From assembly GCA_964535515.1 (NCBI GenBank), contig CAZHTA010000005.1, forward strand, positions 13 to 64,012: 64,000 bases of DNA, given 5' to 3'. This stretch comes from an uncultured Gammaproteobacteria bacterium. Lineage in GTDB: Bacteria > Patescibacteriota > Patescibacteriia > Magasanikbacterales > GWA2-37-8. Under the pieces are notes generated by a model. It saw nothing but the letters and a program-made list of their open reading frames with translations. It searched no databases and had not been told where the DNA came from. This document shows, in pieces, positions 7,797 to 17,725 of the stretch (the stretch's first letter is position 1; each line of letters begins with the position of its first letter). A program made the translations under genes and the position numbers.

Positions 7797-9533
7797 ATGA
7801 ACTTAAGTTTTTTACGTACTAAAAAATTCTACCTGATTTTGGGTGGAGTAATTATTGTCGGTTTAATCGGTTGGAATTCTTATCGTAAAGCCAATATGCC
7901 GGTGGAATACGAAACGGTTAAAGTTGAGCGTGGTAATTTGGTACAAACTGTTGAAGTGACTGGTAAGATTGAATCAGTAACCGACCTATCATTACGATTT
8001 GAAATACCAGGTACAGTTGATGCGATAAAGGTAACAGAAAATACTCAAGTAAAAGCAGGTGATTGGTTGGCTAACTTACGTTTAGCAGAATTAAATGCAG
8101 CAGTGGCTCAAGCTAGTGCTAATTTGAATCAAAAGTTGGCAGGTCCGTCGACTGAGGATCGAAGTTACTACAAAGCAGCAGTTGATTCAGCTCGTTCTTC
8201 TTTAGAGCAAACACGTATAGACGCACAGTCTACTATTACTGCCGCGGAAGCTGTTTTAGAGACGGCAAAGAATAATTTAAAATTTGCTGAAGGAGGAGAG
8301 AATAGTCAGATTGTAAACAATGCCTATGACTCCGCCGTAGCGACCTTACAAACAGCTTTGGGCACAATCGATAGTGGTCTTACACAGGCTGATAATATTT
8401 TGGGAGTTGATAGTACTTTGGCTAACGATAGTTTTGAGTCGTATTTGTCAATTCTAGATAGTTCTAAGTTGTCATTTGCTAAAACAAACTATCTCATTGC
8501 CAAATCAGCGCGTGATCAAGTTAGACCTTTAATACTTGCTTTAACTACTGGTAATGATCGAGCAAAAGTTGATAGTGCATTGCCGTTGGCTGAGACAGCG
8601 CTTTCAAAAAATATTACTTTGTTGTCATCGGTTGGTGAGGTATTAACTGCTACTCCGCCAGTTGGTACTTTAACCCAAGCTGTGTTAGATGGACACAAAA
8701 CAACAATTGATGCCGCTCGTACTGCCGCTACCACTCAATATACCAGTGTGATTGTTAGGCGTCAGGCAGTGGCGGATTCAAAAAATAGCTATTCCACATA
8801 TTTGGTAGCATACAATAAAGCAGAAAAAGATTTGTTAAGCGCACAAGATAACGCTAATAATCTGATTGCTTTAAAACAGGCAGTATATGATCAAGCAGTT
8901 GCTAGTTTTGATAGCAAAGTTAATCCACCTCGTGAAATTGATGTGGCTGCTTACCGTGCCATTCTCGCATCGGCGGTGGCTAATCGCGACAAAGCGATTA
9001 TTCGCGCTCCGATTGATGGGTTGGTGACTAAAGTTAACAAGAAAAAAGGTGAATATATTTCTGGTGCGGAAACAATGATTCAATTGTTGTCACCGCATTA
9101 TGAAATTAAAGTGGACATTCCAGAAACTGATATTCCAAAGTTAAAATTGAATGATGCCGCTAAAATTACTTTAGATGCTTTTGGTAAAGATGTTAAATTT
9201 TCTGGGAAAATTGTAAATATTGAACCAGCTTCAACTGAAATTCAGGATGTTGTATATTACAAAGTCACCATTACATTAGACGATACTGAACAGGCGATTA
9301 AACCAGGTATGACAGCAAATGTTACGATTACTACTGCGACACGTGAGAATGTTTTGTTCATCCCGTATCGTACCGTTAAAATTAACGGAGAAAAAACTGT
9401 CCGAGTATTAGAAAACAATCAACCTAAGGATACAGTGGTTAGTATTGGTTTGCGCGCTGATGAAGGGAAGGCCGAAGTGTTGTCCGGTTTAAATGAAGGG
9501 CAAGTTGTTGTGGTGAGTGTAAAAACAAAGTAA
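7797..9533 (+). CDS. HlyD-family periplasmic adaptor (membrane fusion protein) with long coiled coil
   Basis: N-terminal TM, biotinyl-lipoyl-like half domains, Ala/Gln-rich coiled coil, C-terminal beta-barrel; followed by MacB-like ABC genes. Confidence 0.7.
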   Translation: MNLSFLRTKKFYLILGGVIIVGLIGWNSYRKANMPVEYETVKVERGNLVQTVEVTGKIESVTDLSLRFEIPGTVDAIKVTENTQVKAGDWLANLRLAELNAAVAQASANLNQKLAGPSTEDRSYYKAAVDSARSSLEQTRIDAQSTITAAEAVLETAKNNLKFAEGGENSQIVNNAYDSAVATLQTALGTIDSGLTQADNILGVDSTLANDSFESYLSILDSSKLSFAKTNYLIAKSARDQVRPLILALTTGNDRAKVDSALPLAETALSKNITLLSSVGEVLTATPPVGTLTQAVLDGHKTTIDAARTAATTQYTSVIVRRQAVADSKNSYSTYLVAYNKAEKDLLSAQDNANNLIALKQAVYDQAVASFDSKVNPPREIDVAAYRAILASAVANRDKAIIRAPIDGLVTKVNKKKGEYISGAETMIQLLSPHYEIKVDIPETDIPKLKLNDAAKITLDAFGKDVKFSGKIVNIEPASTEIQDVVYYKVTITLDDTEQAIKPGMTANVTITTATRENVLFIPYRTVKINGEKTVRVLENNQPKDTVVSIGLRADEGKAEVLSGLNEGQVVVVSVKTK

Positions 9534-9865
9534 TACTAAAAAGTAAATTAAAAAAACAAAAAATCCCTTTGGTTAAGGAATTGTATGATGAATGGGCACC
9601 AGGAGGAGAAGTGGTGCCAGTGTTCGGACCGCGTCCGATTAATGAGCTAGGCCGGTTTTTCGCCCGCGCGCTAGACACTCAAACACTGACACCACGACTC
9701 CTCTGGTGGTGAGAGAAGAGACTGTGTGTGTAGAAGGGCTTTCCTTCAGGGGGATAACGTATGCGACCGTCATCCACTACTACACGCAGATCTTCCTTCT
9801 CTCAAGCGGGAGCATCTCGACGCGGTTTGGGCATGGGCCGTCTGCGCGTAGGAAGATCTCCCGAG

Positions 9866-9913
9866 TCTGGGAACATGGGGATTTGAACCCCATGAATTCG
9901 TCGATGTTCCCAG
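9866..9913 (-). ncRNA. tRNA-like minihelix (8-bp acceptor stem + 12-nt linker + T-arm GGGGUUCAAAUCCCC, no D or anticodon arm)
   Basis: Minus strand CUGGGAAC-AUCGACGAAUUC-AUGGGGUUCAAAUCCCCAU-GUUCCCAG-A folds as acceptor/T-arm coaxial stack. Confidence 0.3.
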
Positions 9914-9925
9914 GAAAGAATAAGG

Positions 9926-9999
9926 AGCGGGAGACTGGAATTGAACCAGTGGCCTCCACCCTAGCAGGATGGCACTCTGTTTCTCTGAGCTACTCCCGC
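9926..9999 (-). tRNA. atypical tRNA-like gene (anticodon GCU, short variable arm, D-loop lacking GG) - possibly pseudo-tRNA or non-canonical tRNA
   Basis: Manual fold: acceptor GCGGGAG/CUCCCGC, anticodon stem CCAUC/GGUGG loop CUGCUAG, T-arm ACUGG-UUCAAUU-CCAGU; D-loop AGAGAAACA unusual. Confidence 0.45.
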
Positions 10000-10071
10000 G
10001 AAAGTAGTTAAATACTATCAAATATATTAAAAATGTAAAGATTGTGTTGTGGATAAGTAAAATCAATTATT

Positions 10072-10794
10072 ATGCCTTTAATTAAAGTTGAAAATTTAAC
10101 CAAACAATACGAAAACGAAGATGTGATAACACCAGTGTTGCATGGTGTGAGTTTTGAAATTCAAAAAGGGGAGTTTGTGGCCATTATGGGCCCGTCTGGT
10201 TCAGGCAAGTCAACACTAATGCATATCTTGGGTTTTTTGGACAAGCTTAGTGCTGGTAAGTATTTGTTTGATGGAAGGGACGTTAGTGGTTTAAGTGATG
10301 ACCAATTAGCAGAAATGCGCAGTGAGTCCGTGGGTTTTATTTTTCAGGCGTTTAATCTTTTGCCACGTACAACTGTTTTAGAAAATGTAATGTTACCGTT
10401 GGTCTATACCAAGTTGACTCCAGCAGCGCAAAAGTTAAAAGCAAAGCAGGCAATTGTATCAGTTGGTCTAGAACATCGTTTAGAATATTATACTAATCAA
10501 TTATCTGGTGGCGAAAAACAAAGAGTAGCCATTGCGCGTGCTTTAGTTAATAATCCGGCAGTAATTTTTGCTGATGAACCAACTGGCAACTTGGATTCTA
10601 AATCAGGTTTGCAGGTAATGAAAATTTTGCAAGATTTAAATGAGCAGGGTCATACAATTATATTAGTTACGCACGAACGTTATACCGCTGACCATGCTAA
10701 GCGTATTATCCGGGTACGTGACGGCGAAATTGAAGAGGACTCATTGGTGGCTGTTCGTCAAATTGCTGCCACTAACGGTGAGCTTAAAAAGTAG
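10072..10794 (+). CDS. ABC transporter ATP-binding protein (MacB/LolD-like)
   Basis: Walker A GPSGSGKST, signature LSGGEKQRVAIARAL, Walker B, H-loop; 240 aa. Confidence 0.85.
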   Translation: MPLIKVENLTKQYENEDVITPVLHGVSFEIQKGEFVAIMGPSGSGKSTLMHILGFLDKLSAGKYLFDGRDVSGLSDDQLAEMRSESVGFIFQAFNLLPRTTVLENVMLPLVYTKLTPAAQKLKAKQAIVSVGLEHRLEYYTNQLSGGEKQRVAIARALVNNPAVIFADEPTGNLDSKSGLQVMKILQDLNEQGHTIILVTHERYTADHAKRIIRVRDGEIEEDSLVAVRQIAATNGELKK

Positions 10795-10805
10795 CAATAA
10801 ATTTT

Positions 10806-12047
10806 GTGAATTTTCTTGAAAACATCCATGCAGTTTGGCATTTGATTGGTCGTAATAAAATTCGATCATTTTTAACTATGCTTGGGGTCATCGTCGGTAT
10901 CATGTCAGTGATCGTTGTAATGTCGGTGGGGGCGGGAGCACAAAGTTTGATTTTAAATCAAGTAAAAAGCATGGGATCAAATCTGGTTGGTATTTTACCG
11001 GGTAAATCCGATAGTAATGGCCCGCCAGCTTCGGCTATGGGTGTTGTTATTAAAACTTTAACGGCAGCAGATGTTAATTATATAGTAGCGAGCAAAGACT
11101 TTCCGCATATTATTGCTGGTACTGGTTATGTACGGGGGAGTGACACAGTTTCTTGGGGCGACAATAAAACAGATACTAGCTTTGTTGGTGTATCGGCCGG
11201 GTTATTAGAAATTGAAGATACTAATGTTTCGCAAGGAAGATTTTTTTCTGAGGAAGAAGATCGCGTACAAGCGCGGGTAGCGGTAATAGGCAGTGCGGTG
11301 GCAAAAGATCTGTTTGGTGAAAACAATCCATTAGGTCAACAAATTAAAATTAAAAAATCTAGTTTTAGTATTATTGGTGTGATGACTCAACGTGGTAGTA
11401 GCGGTTTTCAAAATCAAGACAATCAGATCTATGTACCAATTAACACCACACAAAAGATATTGCTTGGGATTGATTATGTTAGTTTTGCGCGTTTTAAAAT
11501 TGATGCAGCGGAAAATGTTAATGATAGTATGGGTTATATCACTCAGGTTTTGCGTGAGCGTCATCGTATTGACGACCCAGAAAAGGATGATTTTTCTGTG
11601 CGTTCAATGGCTCAGGGGGTAGAATCGATTATTAAAATTACTGATGCACTAAAAATATTTTTAACCGCAATCGCCGCCATATCTCTTTTGGTTGGTGGAA
11701 TTGGTATTATGAATATTATGCTTGCGGCGGTAGAAGAGCGAACACGCGAGATTGGTTTACGCAAAGCTGTTGGGGCAAAAAATTACAATATTATTGTTCA
11801 ATTTTTGATTGAAACGGTGATGATTACTTTTATCGGGGGCCTTATTGGAATGGCGTTGGGAATTTTAATTTCCGTGACTGTTGCTAAGATTGCTGAGGGC
11901 ATGGGGTATAACTGGGATTTAGTGATTTCGATTTGGTCAATTTTGTTAGCGGGTAGTGTCTCGATTGGGATTGGTTTGTTGTTTGGTATTATTCCGGCGA
12001 AGAGAGCGTCGAAATTAAATCCAATTGAGGCTTTAAGATACGAATAG
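10806..12047 (+). CDS. ABC transporter permease, FtsX/MacB family
   Basis: N-terminal TM, large periplasmic domain, C-terminal 3-TM FtsX-like domain; 413 aa. Confidence 0.8.
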   Translation: MNFLENIHAVWHLIGRNKIRSFLTMLGVIVGIMSVIVVMSVGAGAQSLILNQVKSMGSNLVGILPGKSDSNGPPASAMGVVIKTLTAADVNYIVASKDFPHIIAGTGYVRGSDTVSWGDNKTDTSFVGVSAGLLEIEDTNVSQGRFFSEEEDRVQARVAVIGSAVAKDLFGENNPLGQQIKIKKSSFSIIGVMTQRGSSGFQNQDNQIYVPINTTQKILLGIDYVSFARFKIDAAENVNDSMGYITQVLRERHRIDDPEKDDFSVRSMAQGVESIIKITDALKIFLTAIAAISLLVGGIGIMNIMLAAVEERTREIGLRKAVGAKNYNIIVQFLIETVMITFIGGLIGMALGILISVTVAKIAEGMGYNWDLVISIWSILLAGSVSIGIGLLFGIIPAKRASKLNPIEALRYE

Positions 12048-12048
12048 T

Positions 12049-13299
12049 ATGAAGATGAATTGGTCAGCAGTACAACTTGCCTGGAATGCTCTGAAAGCGA
12101 AAAAAACTCGTTCTATTTTGACTATTGTTGGTATTAGTATTGGTATTGCAATGGTAATTGCCATCATGGCTGCTGGGCGTGGGTTGGATTATTTAATTAT
12201 GGGAGAATTGGAAGTTTTTGGTTCAGATACAGTTAGCATCGAAGTTAAGGTGCCTAGCACAAAAAAGAATTCTAGTGAAAATGCCACGAGTCAGGCACAG
12301 GGCGTCGCCATTACCACTTTAAAGGATAAAGACTTGGAAGATGTTAGTAAAAATCCTGGTATTGTAGCGGCCTATGGATATGTTATGGGGCAAGAGGTGG
12401 CTTCTTACGAAGGTCAAAACAAGACAGTGTTATTAGTAGGTGAAGGGTATAATGTGCGCGAGGTGGAAAAGTTTGATTTGGCAGAAGGAAGGATGTATAC
12501 GCAAGAAGAGCAAGAATCGACGACTCAGGTGGCGGTTTTGGGTTGGGGTGTGAAGGATTATTTTTTCGGTGATAATTCGCCGCTTGGTCAGATGGTGTAT
12601 ATCAAAGGCAAACCTTTTAGAGTTGTTGGTGTGGCAGCAAAACGGGGAGCGGTTTTTTCGATGGACATGGATAACGTGATTTTGTTACCCACTAAAACAA
12701 TGCAAAGAAAGATTTTAGGCACTGATTATTTTCAAGCTATTATTGGTAAATTAAAAGATGTAAATAAGGCTGATGCTACAGTGTTGGATTTGGAAGATGT
12801 TATTCGTGCTAATCATAAAATTGACGATCCAGCAAAAGATGATTTTGCTATTAATACTATGGCCGAGGCAATTGGTATTTTATCAAGTGTAGTCGGAGGT
12901 ATTACTCTGTTGTTAGTAGCGTTGGTTTGTATTTCTTTAGTTGTTGGTGGAGTGGGTATTATGAATATCATGTATGTTTCTGTTACTGAACGAGTTTTTG
13001 AAATTGGCTTAAGAAAAGCTCTGGGAGCGAAAAGCAAAGATATTCTTTGGCAGTTTTTATCTGAAGCTATTATTCTAACTGTGCTTGGTGGTTTGGTTGG
13101 TATTGTTTTGGGGTTAATTTTGGCGCTCATTATATATTTTACCGCTACATATTACGGTCTGTCTTGGATTTATTCGGTTCCGATTTCTTCAATATTTTTA
13201 TCAGTTGGATTTTCCGGCTGTGTCGGCTTGGTTTTTGGTCTTTATCCAGCCAAAAAAGCTGCTAGTTTAGAGCCAATGACCGCACTTCGGAAAGAATAG
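12049..13299 (+). CDS. ABC transporter permease, FtsX/MacB family (second copy)
   Basis: Same architecture as preceding gene, 416 aa, 1-nt intergenic gap. Confidence 0.8.
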   Translation: MKMNWSAVQLAWNALKAKKTRSILTIVGISIGIAMVIAIMAAGRGLDYLIMGELEVFGSDTVSIEVKVPSTKKNSSENATSQAQGVAITTLKDKDLEDVSKNPGIVAAYGYVMGQEVASYEGQNKTVLLVGEGYNVREVEKFDLAEGRMYTQEEQESTTQVAVLGWGVKDYFFGDNSPLGQMVYIKGKPFRVVGVAAKRGAVFSMDMDNVILLPTKTMQRKILGTDYFQAIIGKLKDVNKADATVLDLEDVIRANHKIDDPAKDDFAINTMAEAIGILSSVVGGITLLLVALVCISLVVGGVGIMNIMYVSVTERVFEIGLRKALGAKSKDILWQFLSEAIILTVLGGLVGIVLGLILALIIYFTATYYGLSWIYSVPISSIFLSVGFSGCVGLVFGLYPAKKAASLEPMTALRKE

Positions 13300-13347
13300 G
13301 CAGGGAGTTGATTTTTATCGAAATACAGGATAGTATAGAGGTATTCT

Positions 13348-15144
13348 GTGTTTTTTATGGCTGATACGCAACTTATCAAAGACAAGTTAGATTTGGCGCA
13401 GTTTATTGGTGAATATGTGCAGGTAAAGAAGGCCGGCTCTTACTGGAAAGCCTGCTGCCCGTTTCATCACGAAAAGACGCCATCTTTTATGATTCATCCA
13501 GAACGTCAGTTCTGGCATTGTTTTGGTTGTGCTAAAGGTGGTGATATTTTTTCTTTTGTTCAAGAAATTGAGGGTTTAGATTTTTCGGAAGCATTAAAGT
13601 TGTTAGCTGATCGAGCGGGCGTAAAAATTGACAGTTACCGTAGCGAGATTGATAAGAGTCAAAAGAATCGAATTTTGGAAATCAATCAAAAAGCTGCGTA
13701 TTTTTTCAATCATGTCCTTTCGGAAATGTCACAGTCAAAAGAGGCGCGTGACTATTTAGAGCGTAGGAAATTAAAAGCAGAAACTATCGCGGAATGGGAA
13801 GTTGGATATATTACTGATCAATGGGATTTGTTAACGCAATATTTTTTAAAAAAAGGAATTGGCGTAGATGATTTAGTGGCTTCAGGATTAACGATTAAAA
13901 AAGATAACGCCACTGCTGGTCGTGGTTACTATGATCGTTTTCGCGGGAGGATTATGTTTCCAATTAAAAATGTACACGGCAACGTGGTTGGCTTTACTGG
14001 CCGACAATTAGTAGATAATCCCGATGCCGGTGGTAAATATGTTAATTCACCTCAGACATTGGTGTTTGACAAGTCACGAGTGTTGTATGGATTGGATAAA
14101 GCAAAAATGGAAATCAAAGCAAAGGATTTAGCAGTCATTGTTGAAGGGCAGATGGATGTGATTGCTTGTCACCAGGCTGGTATGAAAAATGTAGTAGCCG
14201 CGTCTGGAACTGCACTAACCCCAGAACAAATACATTTGATTGAGCGATATACCAAAAATATTGCTATGGCATTTGATGCGGACAAGGCGGGGATAAACGC
14301 CGCCAAGCGGGGGATTGATATTGCTTTGAAAGAAGGGATGAACGTGCGAGTTATTCGTTTGCCAGAAGATGCCGGTAAAGATGCCGATGAAGCAATCAAA
14401 AAAGATCCAGCAGTTTGGTTTAAAGCAGTGGAAGATTCCACGGAGATAATGCAGTGGTTTTTTGATATTGTTTTTACTGGTAGAAAGTTAACTTCTCCAA
14501 AAGACCGCCAGGCCGCAAGCGACGAACTTTTGCCGCTTATCGGCCTAATTCCTTATGCCGTAGAAAAAGATTACTGGCTTAAAAAGTTAGCGGAGACAAT
14601 TGGTACGGAGGTGGCGGTTTTGCGTGAAGATTTAAAAAGAATTGCGAACCAGCAGCCGAGCCGTAGTTTTTCTCCGGTTCAAGTAAAGCCAGCACAAGCA
14701 GCAAAACCAGTTAAGTTAACCCACTTAGATTCCTTGCTTGAAAGGTTGTTGATGTTGATTATTAAGTTTCCTGATATTTCTCCGGCAGCGGCCGCTGCTT
14801 TGCCTGAACTCTTAACTACTGAATTAGAGCAATCCAAGCTTTACGAAACTATTAAAAAACAGTATAATGAAAGTAATGATTTTACTACTGCCACACTCTT
14901 GGCCGTTTTGTCTTTACCGGAGTTTTTTGAAGTAGTAGAAATATTAAAATTAAAATCGGAATTGGAATTTTCTGAATGGAATATTGAACAAGCGCGGATT
15001 GAATTAGTTGATGTTACGGGACGCTTAAGAGATGAGGATAAAAGAAGCCGTCGACAAATATTGCAACAGGAAATTAATGTTGCGGAGCAAGCGGGTAATC
15101 AAGAGCGAGTAAAAGAATTATTATCTCAATTTCAAAATTTGTAG
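13348..15144 (+). CDS. dnaG: DNA primase
   Basis: CHC2 zinc finger CPFHHEKTPSF...CFGC, TOPRIM domain EGQMDVI; 598 aa. Confidence 0.85.
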   Translation: MFFMADTQLIKDKLDLAQFIGEYVQVKKAGSYWKACCPFHHEKTPSFMIHPERQFWHCFGCAKGGDIFSFVQEIEGLDFSEALKLLADRAGVKIDSYRSEIDKSQKNRILEINQKAAYFFNHVLSEMSQSKEARDYLERRKLKAETIAEWEVGYITDQWDLLTQYFLKKGIGVDDLVASGLTIKKDNATAGRGYYDRFRGRIMFPIKNVHGNVVGFTGRQLVDNPDAGGKYVNSPQTLVFDKSRVLYGLDKAKMEIKAKDLAVIVEGQMDVIACHQAGMKNVVAASGTALTPEQIHLIERYTKNIAMAFDADKAGINAAKRGIDIALKEGMNVRVIRLPEDAGKDADEAIKKDPAVWFKAVEDSTEIMQWFFDIVFTGRKLTSPKDRQAASDELLPLIGLIPYAVEKDYWLKKLAETIGTEVAVLREDLKRIANQQPSRSFSPVQVKPAQAAKPVKLTHLDSLLERLLMLIIKFPDISPAAAAALPELLTTELEQSKLYETIKKQYNESNDFTTATLLAVLSLPEFFEVVEILKLKSELEFSEWNIEQARIELVDVTGRLRDEDKRSRRQILQQEINVAEQAGNQERVKELLSQFQNL

Positions 15145-15162
15145 TTTAAAGCCATATATAAT

Positions 15163-16578
15163 ATGCCTGGTAAAAGTAAGCCAAAGAAGAAAATTAGCAA
15201 AACAACTGCTAAGGTAGCGAAGAAAGTAAAAGTAAAAAAAGTTGTTAAGGCTAAGAAGATCAAACCGGTAAAGTCGGTAAAAACAGCGAAGAAGAAAGTC
15301 GTTGTCAAAAAGCCAATTAAAGTTTTAAAAAAGAAAGAAAAACAACCTGAGAAGAAACCAGGCCATAAAATTTGGGTTGATAAAAACAAGAGTAAGGATA
15401 AGAGTAAAGAAAAAAACAAGTTTAATAACAATAAATTTAAACATAAACCATACTTGGCTAAACCAGTGGTAATGGAACCAGTGGTCGAACCAGATTTGCA
15501 GGCGATTTGGCGTTTGGTAAGTAAAGGGAGAAACCGCGGTTTTATCACCGAGATTGAACTTAGCGCGCTCATGTCACGACCAGAGTGCTATCTTGATCTT
15601 TATGAAGGGTTGTTAGATGTTTTTGAGAAGAATGGTGTAACTGTTGTTGAAAGTTCACATAATTTGTTAGGTGGTAAAGATTCGCATAGCACAGCCTTAA
15701 AACAATTTCAAGGATCACAACCAGACATGGACATACCGTTTGACTTGGGTGAAATTTCGTCTGATTCTATTCAGATGTATTTGCGTGAGATTGGTAAGAT
15801 TCCACTTTTAAAAACTGAAGAAGAAATCTCATTAGCAAAACGCAAAGAAAAGGGTGACCACGCGGCAGAGCGAAAACTCATCGAAGCCAACTTGCGTTTG
15901 GTTGTTTCGATTGCGAAGAAGTTTGTTGGCAAGAGTCTTTCTTTGTTAGATCTGATTCAAGAAGGCAACATTGGTTTGTTCCGAGCAGTAAAGAAATTTG
16001 ATCATCACAAAGGTTTTAAATTTTCTACCTATGCCACTTGGTGGATTCGTCAGGCTATTACCCGTGCTTTGGCTGATCAGTCCCGCACCATTCGTATTCC
16101 AGTGCATATGGTGGAAACAATTAATCGTTTTCAACAAGTACAACGTCGTTTGATGCAAGATTTAGGGCGTGATCCAACACCAGAAGAATTAGCTGCCGAA
16201 ATGGGTGAAGAAGTGGAAAAGATTAACCATATTATTAAAATTTCTCAAGATACGATTTCTCTTGAGGTGTCAGTTGGTGATGATGACGAAGACACTCAAT
16301 TGGAAGATTTTATTGAAGATGTTAAAAACGTTTCGCCTGATCGTTCGGCTGGTTTACAGATTTTGCGTGATTATGTGCGTGATGCTATCCAGTTTTTATC
16401 TCCACGTGAACAAAAAATCTTGGAGATGCGTTTTGGTTTGTCTGATGGAGTTACTCATACGTTGGAAGAAGTGGGTACAGAATTTGGTGTTACCCGTGAA
16501 CGTATTCGTCAGATTGAGGCTAAAGCTTTAGAAAAAATTCAAACTTCTGATTTAATTAGCAAACTTCGTGATTATTAG
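15163..16578 (+). CDS. rpoD: RNA polymerase sigma-70 factor with Lys-rich N-terminal extension
   Basis: Regions 1.2, 2 ([13 protein letters not shown]), 3 and 4 (helix-turn-helix) recognisable; adjacent to dnaG as in MMS operon. Confidence 0.85.
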   Translation: MPGKSKPKKKISKTTAKVAKKVKVKKVVKAKKIKPVKSVKTAKKKVVVKKPIKVLKKKEKQPEKKPGHKIWVDKNKSKDKSKEKNKFNNNKFKHKPYLAKPVVMEPVVEPDLQAIWRLVSKGRNRGFITEIELSALMSRPECYLDLYEGLLDVFEKNGVTVVESSHNLLGGKDSHSTALKQFQGSQPDMDIPFDLGEISSDSIQMYLREIGKIPLLKTEEEISLAKRKEKGDHAAERKLIEANLRLVVSIAKKFVGKSLSLLDLIQEGNIGLFRAVKKFDHHKGFKFSTYATWWIRQAITRALADQSRTIRIPVHMVETINRFQQVQRRLMQDLGRDPTPEELAAEMGEEVEKINHIIKISQDTISLEVSVGDDDEDTQLEDFIEDVKNVSPDRSAGLQILRDYVRDAIQFLSPREQKILEMRFGLSDGVTHTLEEVGTEFGVTRERIRQIEAKALEKIQTSDLISKLRDY

Positions 16579-16587
16579 TTCTCTACT

Positions 16588-17670
16588 ATGAAGATTGTAT
16601 TTTCCGGAGGAGGAACATTGGGACCAGTGGTGCCATTGATTGCAATTGCTGAGGCTTGTCGAGCGGAAGACCCGAAAGTACAGTTAGTTTGGGTCGGCAC
16701 AAAGAATGGTCCGGAGCGTGAAGTAGTGGAACAATATGATATTCCTTTTTTTACCATGACGGCCGGTAAATGGCGCCGGTATTTTTCTTGGTGGAATTTT
16801 TTTGATATTTTCAAAGTTGTTGCGGCTTTTTTTAAGTCCATTGTTTTTATCTGGCAAGAAAAACCCGATCTTTTGATATCGGGTGGTGGTTTTGTTAGTG
16901 TGCCATTGCATTGGGCGGGATGGATTTTGGGTGTTCCTAGCTGGATACATCAACAAGATGTTGAACCAGGATTAGCCAATCGTTTGATGGCCAGTATTGC
17001 TAAAAAAATTACTACGGCTTTGCGTGAAGGGGTAAATAGTTTTCGTACTAAGAAAACTGAGTGGCTAGGTAATCCATCACGTGATTTAAGCGGTGCTGAT
17101 CAGGTTGCGGCACGAGCAAAGTTTGGTATTCCCGAAGGTTCGCCAGTAATTTTTGCATTAGGTGGCGGTACGGGTTCGTCTCGTTTAAACGAAATGATTT
17201 TAGAAGCTTTGCCAGCTTGGCCACGTGATTGGCATGTTATTCATTTGGTTGGTAAAGATCGGCCAAGCGAATTACAACAGCGAGCAGTAGGAGTTTTTCC
17301 TAATTATCATGTTTACAAATTTTTTACTACTGAAATGAAGGAGGCGTATGCTTTGGCGGATGTGGTAATCGCACGTGCTGGGTTTGCAACAATTACCGAA
17401 TTGGCAGCTTTAAGTAAGGCAGCAGTTCTGTTGCCAATGGCTGGTACCCATCAAGAAAAGAATGTGAAAATGTTTACTGATAACAATGCCGTGGTAGCGC
17501 TGAACGAAGTTAATGATAACGGTTTAAAGTTAGCACAGATTGTAAAAGAATTAGTTAACAATCAAGAGTTAAGAATACGTTTAGGAAAAAGATTAAACGA
17601 AGTATTGCCTCGTGCCAACCCTGAACGGATTGTGGAAATAGTGGGTGAATTGGTGGGGGAGGAGAAGTAA
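16588..17670 (+). CDS. murG: MurG-like GT28 glycosyltransferase (undecaprenyl-PP-MurNAc-pentapeptide-UDP-GlcNAc GlcNAc transferase)
   Basis: N-terminal GGGTLGPVVP motif of MurG, C-terminal GT-B fold, 360 aa. Confidence 0.7.
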   Translation: MKIVFSGGGTLGPVVPLIAIAEACRAEDPKVQLVWVGTKNGPEREVVEQYDIPFFTMTAGKWRRYFSWWNFFDIFKVVAAFFKSIVFIWQEKPDLLISGGGFVSVPLHWAGWILGVPSWIHQQDVEPGLANRLMASIAKKITTALREGVNSFRTKKTEWLGNPSRDLSGADQVAARAKFGIPEGSPVIFALGGGTGSSRLNEMILEALPAWPRDWHVIHLVGKDRPSELQQRAVGVFPNYHVYKFFTTEMKEAYALADVVIARAGFATITELAALSKAAVLLPMAGTHQEKNVKMFTDNNAVVALNEVNDNGLKLAQIVKELVNNQELRIRLGKRLNEVLPRANPERIVEIVGELVGEEK

Positions 17671-17694
17671 ATAAAATTAGAAAAAATTTGATTT

Positions 17695-17725
17695 AAAAAT
17701 CCCGATTTAGTCGGGATTTGTTTTT
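17695..17725. terminator. bidirectional Rho-independent terminator between convergent murG and MiaB-family gene
   Basis: aaaaatcccgatttagtcgggatttgttttt hairpin with A/T runs on both sides. Confidence 0.7.

Noticed and set aside
9590-10000. Confident call of RNase P RNA or tmRNA in the GC-elevated intergenic region
   Set aside because: Only short, imperfect motif resemblances (GGAAAGCCC, AAAAACCGGCCUAG, UCGACG). No convincing P4 pseudoknot pairing or tag-peptide reading frame was found by eye. Left as a candidate structured RNA.
16205-16531. 108-aa plus-strand ORF inside rpoD in another frame, and similar short internal ORFs (for example 11331-11564, 12813-13130, 14169-14441)
   Set aside because: Nested within confidently assigned longer genes; AT-rich frame artefacts.
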